Shown here: piece by piece, positions 39,810-52,261 of the stretch | How the letters are laid out: each line of letters begins with the position of its first letter | How positions within the stretch are numbered: position 1 is the stretch's first letter | Assembly: GCA_965153285.1 (NCBI GenBank) | Contig: OZ229118.1 | DNA length: 64,000 nucleotides | Reading direction: 5' to 3' (one strand) | Source of the DNA: Podarcis tiliguerta | Lineage: Eukaryota | The notes under the pieces: model-generated | Told to the model about the DNA's origin: nothing | Seen by the model: the letters and a program-made list of their open reading frames with translations, nothing else | Databases searched by the model: none | Position numbers and translations under genes: made by a program

Positions 39810-40772
39810 CTGTGAAGTACAAATATATGTTTAGTTTCCACGGTATTGTTTTCATATATTAATGCATTTCAAAAATGTAATATTTGAAAATTGCTATGGA
39901 ATATGCTGGGATGAAAAATTATTGCAATACCACCCAGAATGGTGGAGGGAGTATTCAAATGTGAAACAGGTGTTCAACCATACAAATGTTCCTTAGAAAA
40001 ATAATAAACTTTAAATTAAAAAGGAGAGGGTAAAAAAAAAATAATCCAAAACTTAATAGTAGCAACTTTATTTCAGGTTCATTTGGTTTTGTTTACTGCA
40101 AAAAAATAAGAATGTTTTTATAGCCATGTGTACATCTGCCACTGTGCAATCTTCCTGATTTCTGGCTCGAAACCAGTGTTTTGTAAACATAATTTTACAT
40201 TAGGAAGAAAAGAGGGAATTTTGTCTGGTAATTTTCTTACTTCATATTCCTACTAACGGGCATCATAAAATTTGATGGTTTTAATAAGGCACTCATCTGC
40301 AAACACAGCAGATTAGCAAAACCATTTGCAGAAGAATTAATAACTGAAGATATAGCACGTCTTCTCTCAAACTCATCTGGGCTCAAAGTTTTGATTTGCT
40401 ACACAAATGCCATTTATGAAAACCATTTTGGGAGAAACAATATAGAAGGAGATAACCTATTCTAGAAGACACTTCAGGACCACTAAAAGAAGTTAGAAAA
40501 GATCGACAAGTTTTGAAGCAAATGACTGTGCTTTTGACAGTATGGAAAGCAAAATGTAATGGCATACATATTCTGTCTAGCATTATTATCTTATTAGAGC
40601 CAAACAGGCTAAAGATATTTCAATTCATTTATTTCAATAGGTTCCTTTAAGTATGACTAGATTTGGCTATTCCCCATAAATTGTGTAATTCTCTCACTTA
40701 TACCGTTAAAATCAAATACCTTATCTTGAAAACTAGTAAATAAAACTCCATGCACATTAAGATATGTTAATA

Positions 40773-41136
40773 CAGTGGTGCCTCGCAAGACGAAAAGAAT
40801 CCGTTCCGGGAGTCTTTTCGTCTTGCGGTTTTTTCGTCTTGCGAAGCAAGCCCATTGACGGAGTAGCGCTATTAGCGCTATTGGCACTTTAAGGGCTAAA
40901 AACGGCTTTTTAAGGCTTAGGGGATTAGCGGTTTTGCTGCTAAAATGCTTTTAGCAGCTTAGCGATTCAGAAAAAGGGGTTTTGGAGCAAAAAAACCCCA
41001 TCAATTTCATCAATTTTCGTCTTGCGAAGCAAGCCCATAGGGAAATTCGTCTTGCGAAGCGCCTCTGCAGACAGAAAACCCTTTCGTCTTGCGGGTTTTC
41101 CATCTTGCGAGGCATTCGTCTTGCGGGGCACCACTG
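40773..41136. mobile_element. Mariner-type MITE, family C
   Basis: TA|CAGTGGTGCCTCGCAAGACGAA...TTCGTCTTGCGGGGCACCACTG|TA with multiple internal TTCGTCTTGCG repeats. Confidence 0.9.
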
Positions 41137-41254
41137 TACAGCATTATTCTAAACATTGATTTCCACGTGCTACGTATAATTCCAGTTTCTAATTATTCTG
41201 CGAATTATGGCTATAAACCTAAACCAATGTCTAGATTAGCAAACTTCTACTGTA

Positions 41255-41496
41255 CAGTGGTACCTTGGGTTAAGTACTTAATTTGTTCTGGAGGTCCGTT
41301 CTTAACCTGAAACTGTTCTTAACCTGAAGCACCACTTTAGCTAATGGGGCCTCCTGCTGCTGCCGCACTGCCGGAGCCCAATTTCTGTTCTCATTCTGAA
41401 GCAAAGTTTTTAACCTGAAGCACTATTGCTGGGTTAGCGGAGTCTGTAGCCTGAAGCGTATGTAACCTGAAGCCTAGGTAACCCCAGGTACCACTG
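41255..41496. mobile_element. Mariner-type MITE, family A copy 3
   Basis: TA|CAGTGGTACCTTGGGTTA...TAACCCCAGGTACCACTG|TA. Confidence 0.9.
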
Positions 41497-42467
41497 TACT
41501 ATGATAGGAATGCCTTTCAAAGGCCAAGATTGGTTCCACCAGTGCATCCACACAAAAGTGATATCGCCATCGCCTTTCTCTCCTAGTAGGTAGCAGTGAC
41601 ACCAGTGCCAGGAGGCTGTTACTGCAACTCTGCCTCACTGGCTGAGCCACTATATTACTTCATATTAATGCATTTATACAATCAAAACTGGCACACAAGA
41701 CAAAATACTCCCTGAACAATTAACATAGCTATCAAACTCCCAAGCAGAATGTGCAAGAATGGTATAAATGAAATTTCTACATCTGTTTTATGATGAAATG
41801 TATATATTCCTGACCCAATAGTTGTCATAATTTGCTATACATTGTCATTTTTACGTCACACTCATTATGATTGTAATTAATGAGGGATCAGATAAATATG
41901 TTGGAAATGGACACAAACGAATCAAAATTAAACAGAAACACAAAAACTGAAATGGCATTACATGAAAATACTTGTGAATTTACCTTTACCTGCTTCATAT
42001 TACTTTTCAAAGAAAGGTTAAATTCACAGAACCAACATATCAAAACTGAGGGGGGGTGGATCTGAATCTAGAAACAATCTATAATAGCTGTTAATAATAT
42101 CTCTTTAATACTACAGAAACTGAGGCAAAATCTGAAATCATAACAACTATCCTAAGGGTACAATCCTATCTTTTCCACAATATAATGCTAAACAGAAAAA
42201 AACCTATGGAGAAAAATTATATCCCCATAACCTCGGACTTTTAGACAGCAATGTCCATTTATTCAGCTTTCTAAACTAACTAAAAGGAATAAGTATAATA
42301 TAGTTTCATATTATCAGTTAGAAAGATTTATTCCTGGGACATCGCTCACGTTGTCTTTCATTTTAAGGAAATAAACTGATAATCAATTAAAAAAGCTAAA
42401 GAGAAAATGTGTTTCATGCCAAATACAGTTATTTCTGTTGTGGTAAGCTATCTTAGGATAAATATTA

Positions 42468-42725
42468 CCGTATTTTTCGCTCTATAAGACGCACCAGACC
42501 ACAAGACGCACCTAGTTTTTGGAGGAGGAAAACAAGAAAAAAATATTCTGAATCTCAGAAGCCAGAACAGCAAAAGGGATTGCTGCGCAGTGAAAGCAGC
42601 AATCCCTCTTGCTGTTCTGGCTTCTGGGATAGCTGCGCAGCCTGCATTCGCTCCATAAGACGCACACACATTTCCCCTTACTTTTTAGGAGGGGAAATGT
42701 GAGTCTTATAGAGCAAAAAATACAG
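42468..42725. mobile_element. Mariner/pogo-type MITE with CCGTA termini, family D
   Basis: ~27-bp TIRs CCGTATTTTTCGCTCTATAAGACGCAC / GTGAGTCTTATAGAGCAAAAAATACAG, with TA on both sides. Confidence 0.88.
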
Positions 42726-43420
42726 TACTTTAGTTCAAGTGAAATACAACATATTTGTTTGCAGTGATGTAGCATCTATGTGCTCCTCTGAGTGACATCA
42801 TATCTCCAAAATTGCTTAGGCTACATCAGACACAGTTGTCACTAAGTGTATAGCCTTTAAAACCAGTAATACTATTTGAAGTAAGAGAAAGTGCAATTGT
42901 ATGGCTGGTGGGGAAAAAAGGTTAATATTGGTATTTAACTGAGAAGCACTTTTAACCAACCCCATCCTTGCATATAGTTCTAATATTCAACACCCATTCA
43001 AGGCCTGAATTTCTTTTCATACTGCACCACTCACAAAACATGCATGTGTACCACTGATAATATTGTTTTGATGCACAGAGAAGCGTCAGTCTGAAGGTAA
43101 GTATTTCATAGTTCATGGTCACACCAAGTATTATTTCTTTCTAAGTACTCTGAAGCACCTAACTCCTCACTACTTTTATTTCCCTTCCATTCTGATGTAT
43201 GGAAGAATATCCTAAAGAACAATAATTTTGTATACTGCAAAAACCAGGTAATCAATCATTAGGATAAACTTTCAGGAGACCTCCAGAGACTTTTATGACT
43301 CATTGGGATAAGTCATTATGTTGAATAATGTCCCTATTGAATAAAGTCCCTACTGATGGGACGGAGTCAAACTCCTTATACAACTACTTTGAGAATTTGG
43401 GGATTTACAGTACTTGTATT

Positions 43421-43476
43421 TCATAGAATCATAGAAACATAGAGTTGGAAGGGACCCTAAGGGTCATCTAGTCCAA
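43421..43476 (-). mobile_element. CR1-type 3' tail fragment
   Basis: CATAGAATCATAGAAACATAGAGTTGGAAGGGACC...CATCTAGTCCAA. Confidence 0.75.
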
Positions 43477-43844
43477 TCTAGTCTTTCCTGGGAGGCAATG
43501 ACTGATTTGTAAAAGCAAACATAAAAAAGAATTTAGGATAGGGGAAAATTATAAAGTGGTGAGGTGTGCGCTTACAAATCTTTAATCTCTGTACTTAACC
43601 ATGTATAAGATACAAACATGCTTGGCACAATAAAGATTGGCTGCCTTGGTATTTTAAAAAATGAGTAAGACTTCATTTGTAGTTAGAAGCGTAAGGTACA
43701 TAAAATGTGAACTGACTGAGATGAAGATCTGCCTTGCAAATAAAACTGATACTGAAACATTAAATAGGGAGAATTATGAGGCTCGAATTGATAGATGCTA
43801 AAACTAACTTTAATAAAATTGATGTAAAATACAATCCAAGCATA

Positions 43845-44200
43845 GGGACGCGGGTGGCGCTGTGGGTAAAAGCCTCAGCGCCTAGGCCTTGCCGATCGAA
43901 AGGTCGGTGGTTTGAATCCCCGCGGCGGGGTGCGCTCCCATTGCTCGGTCCCAGCGCCTGCCAACCTAGCAGTTCAAAAGCACCCCCGGGGGCAAGTAGA
44001 TAAATAGGGACCGCTTACTAGCGGGAAGGTAAACGGCGTTCCGTGTGCGGCTCTGGCTCGCCAGAGTAGCGATGTCACGCTGGCCATGTGACCCGGAAGT
44101 GTCTCCGGACAGCGCTGGCCCCCGGCCTCTTGAGTGAGATGGGCGAACAACCCTAGAGTCTGTCAAGACTGGCCCGTACGGGCAGGGGTACCTTTACCTT
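43845..44200 (+). mobile_element. Full-length, CpG-rich Sauria SINE
   Basis: Head GGGACGCGGGTGGCGCTGTGGG and tail (ACCTTT)n. Perfect 15-bp TSD TACAATCCAAGCATA at 43830-43844 and 44201-44215. Confidence 0.95.
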
Positions 44201-45597
44201 TACAATCCAAGCATACAGTTTACCATTGGTAAGAAGTGCTTGTACTGTTAAGGCTAAAGCTTTTTTCTTTCCCCTGACCTTCCACTGACTGCGGTCCACT
44301 TACTGTGTGTACAGAACAACTCCTTCCTGTTCTAACCTCCAGATGCATCCAAATCTGCTTGATGGTTTTTCCCAACCCGCGAAGCATATTTGGAAGGCAT
44401 ATGATACGACTTTAAGTCCATCAAACTCTATCCCAATTTATTTCAAAACGTTTTTAAAGGGCTAATGTGCAAATTCAGGCTAAGAATTAAAAAGCACATT
44501 GGCATACTTTACCAAGTTCAATTCTACCAATATTATCTGTACTGCTCAGAGTTTAATCAGAAGTTGTGCGAAAGCATTCTAAAATTTAATCTGTGCTATT
44601 GCAATTTTAAATTGTCTCTTCAGGGATATAATTAAGAAGAGCATTTTGAAGAAATAAAGTGCATATTTTATATGCATTCTTAGGAAGAAGCAGTGTTTCG
44701 TGAAACCACCGGAACACTAGGGGAAAGAGTGTATGAACAGAACACTGAAGCTTCCTACACAAGATCCACAACAAACGGATCCTTAAGTGGGAGAAGAGGA
44801 ACTGCATCACATCCAGAGATGTGCATATTGAACTCAAGAATAATTCAAACTCAGAACACAGGAAGTGATAAATATGCAAAAAGGAAATGGAATTCTGTGA
44901 CTCAAATACACTAAACAAATTAAAATACAGGACCAGTTATGAAACTCTGCCCCATTTTTCTCCCATCCCACTTGTGCCAAATTTTCCCTCCATTTTATTA
45001 GTCATGGGGAGTGGCAGGAAGCCGCACTTGGCAGTAATGCTCTGTCCTCAACCACTAGAATTTACACTCAGCTATTTATTTAGCACCTGAGATTTCATCA
45101 CACATTACCCACAATGTTTCAAGCAAGTATTGACCTTCTGAAACACCAAAAACTCAGCAACCTGAATTTCCAAGTGCCAGATTTTCCACTCTTTCTGCAC
45201 ACCTGCCGAATCATGGAAGACACAAAGTCCTAACAATATTCAATCTTTTTTTTTTGTTGTTGTTCTTTATTGTTTATGTCAGAGTTCACTGTCTGTATCT
45301 GTGCCTTCTAAGGGTTTGTGCAGATATCAAGCAACATTTACTGCTGCTTATTCTATCCACATGCTAGACCCAAGATAACCTTAATGATCACAGTCATTGC
45401 TTTCCAAAGGTTCATGCTACGTATTAACTGGTGGTACTATTTTATATTGCACGTTTAATGAATAGATCTTGTAGAATAGATCAATGGGATTTTCCCCCCC
45501 AGAACATCAGACTGTGGGCATTCATTCCAACAATCCCTTCAATAATCAAGCCAGGTCTTACTGAAGGTGCAACCCATCCTCCTGGCATCGCTAGAAC

Positions 45598-45687
45598 CGT
45601 AGCTGTCAACTTTTCCCCTTTCTTGCAAGGAATCCTATTCGGAATAAGGGAATTTCCCTTTAAAAAAGGGAAACGTTGACAGCTATG
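45598..45687. mobile_element. 90-bp hAT MITE
   Basis: TIRs CGTAGCTGTCAAC / GTTGACAGCTATG. Perfect 8-bp TSD GCTAGAAC at 45590-45597 and 45688-45695. Confidence 0.88.
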
Positions 45688-46171
45688 GCTAGAACTGGTA
45701 CACTTTGAACTCACTCGCCCCCATGTTAAAGCTGATAGTAAAACTGAACTGCATTGATCTATTGTTAGAAATGATAAGTAGTGGGCTCTGCCACCTACAG
45801 AAGTAGGGAGACAAATTCAATGTAGCTATGACGACTGTTCCTTCAGCAAAAGCATTTCAGCTTGCACGCTCCTTCCAAGTGTGCTGTTCTGGAAGTTCTC
45901 TGGACCCTTCCCTACACAGACGATCTAGATAGGGGTGGGAGTGTGTGGCGGGGAGGAGAGGGGAATGGGGAAAGCCCCATTTTGCTAGAGGACGTCCTTG
46001 TGCAGGATTCCACTAGCAGGACTTGTTTACTGAATCTGGTCTCTGAGCTTTAGAAAATGTAACTTAATTAATGGTATTGAATCAGAGGTTAGGATTTATA
46101 CTTTCACTCCACTTCCAATCACAACCAATTTAACATCAAATTTGTCTTAATAAGAAATCCACATCTGAATA

Positions 46172-46297
46172 ATGAGACTCTTAATCTCAGGGTTGTGGGT
46201 TTGAGCCCCATGTTGGGCAAGAGAGGCCTGCATTGTAGGAGGTTAGACTAGATGACCCTCATGGTCGCTTCCAACTCTACAATACTATAATTCTATG
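46172..46297 (+). mobile_element. tRNA-Lys/CR1-tail SINE, 5'-truncated
   Basis: ATGAGACTCTTAATCTCAGGGTTGTGGGTTTGAGCCCCATGTTGGGC...TTCCAACTCTACAAT...TTCTATG. Confidence 0.82.
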
Positions 46298-48201
46298 CCT
46301 AAAACAGCTGAAACCAATGGAAACGTAGATCAGCTTAATTGAAGTTAATTGAAATTCAAATCAGCCTGCTTAAAACAATTGTGAGGATAAAACATTTCTC
46401 TGAACTTAAGATGAAAGGCTGGGTTCAAAGGTTGAAAAAAGAACATGAATCTAATGAATCTTGAAATGTTCAATATCCTAGTCTAGAAGATGCCTTCCTA
46501 CAATGTAGAGTTGGATCTTCTAGCATGAAGCTTCTTCTGCTCTTAGGAGAGCTATCTCCAGTTTAGTTGTAGAGTCCTGCTTGCGGAAGTTGTCCCAGTT
46601 CAGGAAGTGTGCAAATTCTTGTGTGGGACTTTGAACAAACTCACCCCCAAGACCATTCTTAATGGCCCACTAACCTTACTAGGTAGCCTGTAATTTCATT
46701 ATTCACACTGTAAACACAAGCCCTGATATACTCTGAACCTGCACTGTGTGAAGTATTCCACTTCCTCTGCATTAGTGCCATCCCATGAACTCTTGCACAT
46801 GTTGCCTTACTGCTCATGGGTCTCTGAATCTTGCCCACGTCTATTTGTAAAACCCGGATCTTGGCATTGGGTTGCAGCCACTGCTGTGTGAGTGTGATTT
46901 CATTAACAGGAGACCGTCTTTTCCATTCTTCTTCCTCAGTGAAACCCCACTCTTCCTTTCCATTGAAAGATCTATGTTATGGGCTGGAGAACTTTCAAGT
47001 TGCATATGGCATGGGAGCTGGGGTGGGAGGGAGAAAGAGCCCTAAGATCTGGCAGAAGCAACCTGAGGAAGTGGCAAGCTGCAGACACAAGGGACATCAA
47101 TTTTGGTCAATTGCCCCTCCCAGTTCAGCTCCCAATGTCACATTCCAGGTCTTTCCTGGATGCCTCCTGGCCCTCAGAAGAGGCTGTAGTGGAAAGAGAG
47201 GATGAAAATGCACTCTCATGCAAGCAGATAGTTATAGCCAGGCTCACAAAGTGTTGGATACAAGCCATTGTGCTGAATATTTGTTTGCTCAACCTATCAT
47301 GTCACTCCTTCAAATAAAGGATAAAGTTTATTTGATTACATAAATGTATAATTGGGAAAAACAAATGGCTTTCAAATGTTTGTTTTTCAGTAGCAAGCAC
47401 TGATTTGATGCATCCTGACAATAATTTGCTAACTAAACAATATTGACTATGAAGGGCTTTATTAAACAACACATTTTACCCAAAAGATTGCTAGAAAGTT
47501 TACTGCTGGAGATACAGTATTCACATTAAATCTAAGAAATTGATTGCTGATCATAATGGCAGTAATTTCTAGTGCTGGCTCATTTCTCTTTTTTATAATG
47601 TTTCAGAAGTAGTTTTCAGTTTATAGATCTCTATAAACATGCTATATTTCTGGTTATTTAATTTAGCTTTGCAGATATATATTAAGTTTGTTTATACTGT
47701 GGTGCAGAACTGGAAAGCTGTAGACAGCAGGTTAAGTTACTACAGTTACATAGCATTAATTTGTACCGGTGAAAACCATTTTATTTTACAGTTTTTAACT
47801 CAGTACGCATTTTAGAGTTACGGTATGGAGGGCTCTTTTCTGTTTCTCATTAAAAACTTTACTATCTTTTAAAGAGATGAAAAAACAATGGGAAAATTCC
47901 ATTCTCATCCATAATTAAGAGCACTAAAACATAAAACAGTCTACTCAATATTTTGCTTTTCATTTTTTTAAATTACAATGAATCCCAAGAAAGCCTACCT
48001 TTACACACCTCATGTTTAACAATTATTTGTTCTTTAAAACAGCAAGATATAAAACATGTTGCATTAGAAAAGTACTGTTTGTTATTAAAAAGAGAAAGTG
48101 TAGTGATTCGGTACTGTAACCAGCTACAGTTATTCTAACAGAATTCTTTCTCAGTTCACAACAAGCTCTTCAAAATAAGTCAAACTCAAAATGTTTTTCA
48201 C

Positions 48202-48343
48202 CTGAAACATTTTCAGCCATTCTTGAAGTCCTGTTGGCGGCTGGATGGATGTAATTCGGCGCCGCTGCTGTCCTTGACCATTGGCTGCTCTCAGATCTCC
48301 AAAAGTAGTAGGTGTTGCTGAGCAAGGCACAAGCCCAGTAGTG
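48202..48343 (-). CDS. FBXW7: FBXW7 common exon 2, 142 nt (STTGLVPCSATPTTFGDLRAANGQGQQRRRITSIQPPTGLQEWLKMFQ)
   Basis: Lies within ORF 48151-48384. Acceptor TCCAG, donor CAG|GTGAAA. Confidence 0.97.
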
Positions 48344-51300
48344 CTGGAGTAGAAACAAAAGGCCAATGCAGTTCTCAGAAACATTTAATTATACTATGAG
48401 CACACTGGTCACTAGTTATTGAGGCAGATCTCATTACTATATGAATGGATATTTCCAAATCTCATGTGTTTTACTATTTCAGGCTGATTTGGGGCAATTG
48501 CCTAAATATTGGAATCAAACAAGAGGTAAAGTAAGAAAACCTGGAGGTTTTCTTCACTAGGACTGGCTGGAGATGTTTTGCTGAGACAGAACACCAAATG
48601 GCAACCTCCCACCCCCAAGTAAAAGTGCATGGTACCCAAGGCTTGTGAAGTTATCTTGGAACCAGGCAGAAAACCTTACAAGTGCTGTTCCTTCTCCATA
48701 GCACAAAAATAATAAATTAAATAGCTATTTGCTGCCCTTTCAATTCATCCAAGATTAGCTGCCTGAGGTAACCACCCCACTCTGCCTAATGGCAGGGCCC
48801 AGACCCAAACCTCACAATGGGAGGCGCTAATCGAAGGGCTATAACCTGGGGTCCACTTTGGGTGTATCAAAGTGTTTGCAGTCACCCAATAGTACATTTG
48901 ACATTTTCTTTGAAGTTCAGACCATAGTGTCATAAGACAAACTATTCTGAACCCTCTTGATTCCCATGTTTAAAAGTAAAGCATAGCGAGCTGCATTGAA
49001 GAAATGCAAGCCTATAGATATCTTGGCACACTGAACTAGTTGGGACAGTTTTTTGGATCACGACCACAGTAGTCACTCCCTCTAATATTAAACTTAGGTG
49101 GTGAATGTCAACTGAAACCAAGCCAAAAAAGAGGCTGAGAAACAGGAGGAAGTTATCAGCATTCTCAGGCGAAAGTCGAAGTTTGAAATACAACCCTCTC
49201 TCTTTTAAAATTGTAAGATGGTAATCCTTCTCCAATGGTCTGAGCATGCTCAGTAGTGGTGGAATGTTGAGTGTCCGTGAAAAAGAAAAATGTACCACTC
49301 AGAGGAAAATTAGTGGAATGTCCTACTTTACATGTTACATGTTATAGTATGTTGGGGGGAGGCATAGCTGGCAGGCAGGAACTTGAGTAGAAGGTGGAGA
49401 TAGACCAACCTTTGGTTGCAAGCTCCACATAAATAATGAAGTGTGAAATTGGTCACCTGGCTCTCCAAAACTGTGTCTGAGTTAACTACATCTGGCATGA
49501 GTTGTGGGCCCCATTGAGCACCCTTGAGGACACCATGTTGGGAGAGGGACAACATAACTAACTTTGTTTTGCTGCTTGCAACCTCTAACCCTGCATGGGG
49601 CCACCTCCTGTTGAACCTCCTGTTCAACTTTCCTCTCTGAGGATGTAAGCAGAGTCAAGAGTGAGGAGATGAAATAGCATCCTCCTCTTAGTTTCTACGA
49701 CCCGTTTGACTTGGTTGTGAAGACTGTGTCCAACAAAAGGGGGCTAGTGAAAGGGAAGTGGAGAGGGAAAGATGGATCCGCTCAGAGCACCTTGCCCAAG
49801 GGCCTCCCAAAACCTCAAGCTGGGATTGCAGTCATCCCAAATCTGTTAGCAGTAAGTCTAAAGGATTTCTGGTTTGGGTATTCTAAAGTTTTATTTATTT
49901 TGTAATATTTCTAGTTTTATCTATATAAATGTTGAATGCTTTCCCACTAGTAGCCTTTGGTTACAAAATTTGGGACTTTCATTTACAACATGTTGTAGAT
50001 ATTTGAATATTTTGAAGAGGGTAACTCTAGTCAGTTGAGACACACTTGCTTTTTATACATATTTCACTGGACACCTAGGATTACTGTATGTTTCTAATTT
50101 GTAAGAAGCATGTGCTTGGATGTAATTATAAGTCAAACGCTGACACTTTGCTTCCCTGGGTTTGCCAAAACAGCAAATACTACATGACTGCAAATTTGCA
50201 TAAATTTGGTGTGTGCCTAACAAAACACTGATTGAAGTACCATGGATATGGGATTTTCTAGGTTCAGCATATCCAGTTTGAAGAAAGCCAGCATCTAAGG
50301 CCTTGAAGTGTCATTGCTAGTCAGAGAAGTAGACAAATGGGCCTAGGTGGAGAAATAATCTGGAACTCAGTATAAAGTATAATTCAAAGGCATTATTTTA
50401 GCATTTTATTTTACAGCCTTTTTTGCAGGCAAAATAAGGCTCATAAAACTCATTAGTTTAGAACAATTTTCTGAAAACAGGGATGACACATTTACACAAT
50501 TGAAAACATAACTATTTCATCAATAAGGGGCACAGCTGTTATCTGATGAGCACAGATTAAATAAACTGGTTTATTTTAGGTAAAGAACTATCCTTGAAGG
50601 CATTTCTGAGTTCATAAATGTAAGATACTTATATAAAATGAACTCCAAAGATGTTCCCTTCTAATTCAGATCTAAATAAGTATGAGCAAGTTAATAGCAA
50701 TATTGTCTTCAAAAACATTGTATTTTATAAGTAGCTATGTTGGCTTTTTCAGGATTTTTTTTTAAAAACCCACATGAATTAGGAAAGGATTTATTAGCTA
50801 GAAATGCACTAACAAGCATTCTGTATGCAAACTTCTACAATTAATCAAATATCTGCATAGCATTTCCCCTGTTTTTCTTTTTACACAATTCAACAATGGT
50901 AGACATATAAATTTGAGGGGGGAAATATATAAATAAATATATTTTAATTCATAATGAAGAATTTAAAAGGAAGATTAAAACTGAACAGCAGATAAACTGC
51001 CTATGGAAAGCAATCTGTTAAAACCAGAAAGTTTCACAATGCTGCAGATTTGAACAAGCTCAAATGCAAGAGGTAGTTGTTATGGCAACTACCAAGTAGT
51101 GAAGTCGAGTTGTATGCAGCCCTGGTACTGAAATTCCTAACCAAAGGAAATTAAAGAGTTGTTAAATTGACGTGCCTGCCTATGATAAATGTACATCTCT
51201 TTAATTTATAAACGGAACTCCGTGTTGTGGAGAGGTTATTATTCAATGTGACTCAGGAATTATCATGTTGTTGTATGCAAGAATGTTGTGATTAACACCA

Positions 51301-51623
51301 ATGATTTTGTTGTCTGTATAGTCCAACTTGATGCATATCCCAATCTGCAAGTTTCCCTTCACTGGGTAGATGTGAGGGAAGAAAAATATTAGAGTCCTTT
51401 GAAGCCATGCAGAAGGATTCATCCTAAATTTGTAAATAAAAGGGTTTGTTTACCTCTTTATAAATTTATAATTTCAGCAATTTCAAGCAAGTGAGGTACT
51501 TATGAATGTAGATATTTCACTCAGATTTGTTTTGTGGTATGACCATGCAAGAGGTGGCTGGGCAGGAAATACAGGCTGCAGTAGTGTATCTTAAACAGAT
51601 GACCTGTCATTGCATTAAATTAC

Positions 51624-51706
51624 CTTGTGTATTCTGAGACTTTGCAGGGTTTCTTTCCCAGTGAGAAAGAACGGACCTCGGAGCCATGGTCCAACTTTCT
51701 CTTCAT
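51624..51706 (-). CDS. FBXW7: FBXW7 first common exon, 83 nt (MKRKLDHGSEVRSFSLGKKPCKVSEYT)
   Basis: Not in the ORF track; read manually. TAG acceptor (AG at 51708-51707), donor AG|GTAATT. Confidence 0.97.
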
Positions 51707-52227
51707 CTACAAAATGGGACAAGGGACAAAAAAAATGGTGTTAGTTTGGCAGCATAAGCGAGGCCCTTAATGAACAGGGTGGTAATCTTTTTGCCTGTAC
51801 CTATCAATATTTTCTAAATATCAGCCTGTGCAACCTGCATTTTAAACTAACAAAACATAAATTATTCCAATGACCCAGCTTTTCTACAACCCTTTGCACC
51901 ATAATCACTTGGCAGCTAGAAGATACCCTGCTGCATTATGATTTGCATTATGATTTGTTTCCACACATTTATTCATCTCAATTAGTTATTAAATGATTCA
52001 GTTCATTACTCTGCACATTCTTTGGAATGATAGGTATAAATGCTAAAATAACATCAAGCTGAATGAAATATTCTCTGATAAACACTTAAAAACACAGATC
52101 AGAAACATTTTATGAATGTGAAAAAGCACATAAAACTACCTCCCTTTGGGCAGTTCCTTACATTTTTACCACTAGTGTCATTAGGATGGCCTTAGGACAA
52201 GTAGCTTTGTGCAATATGGCAAGATAA

Positions 52228-52229
<2 letters not shown>

Positions 52230-52259
<30 letters not shown>
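52230..52259. repeat. (GT)n microsatellite
   Basis: Seen directly. Confidence 0.97.

Positions 52260-52261
<2 letters not shown>

Noticed and set aside
40773-41136. Regularly recurring TTCGTCTTGCG motif resembling a CRISPR-like array
   Set aside because: Vertebrate intron, irregular spacing, and enclosed by TIRs and TA duplication: these are internal repeats of a MITE.
48942-49905. GC-richer intronic block with 118-aa and 99-aa minus-strand ORFs as a cryptic FBXW7 exon
   Set aside because: All three frames after the candidate acceptor near 49883 stop within ~25 codons, and no protein similarity was recognised. A poison or non-coding exon cannot be excluded without RNA-seq.
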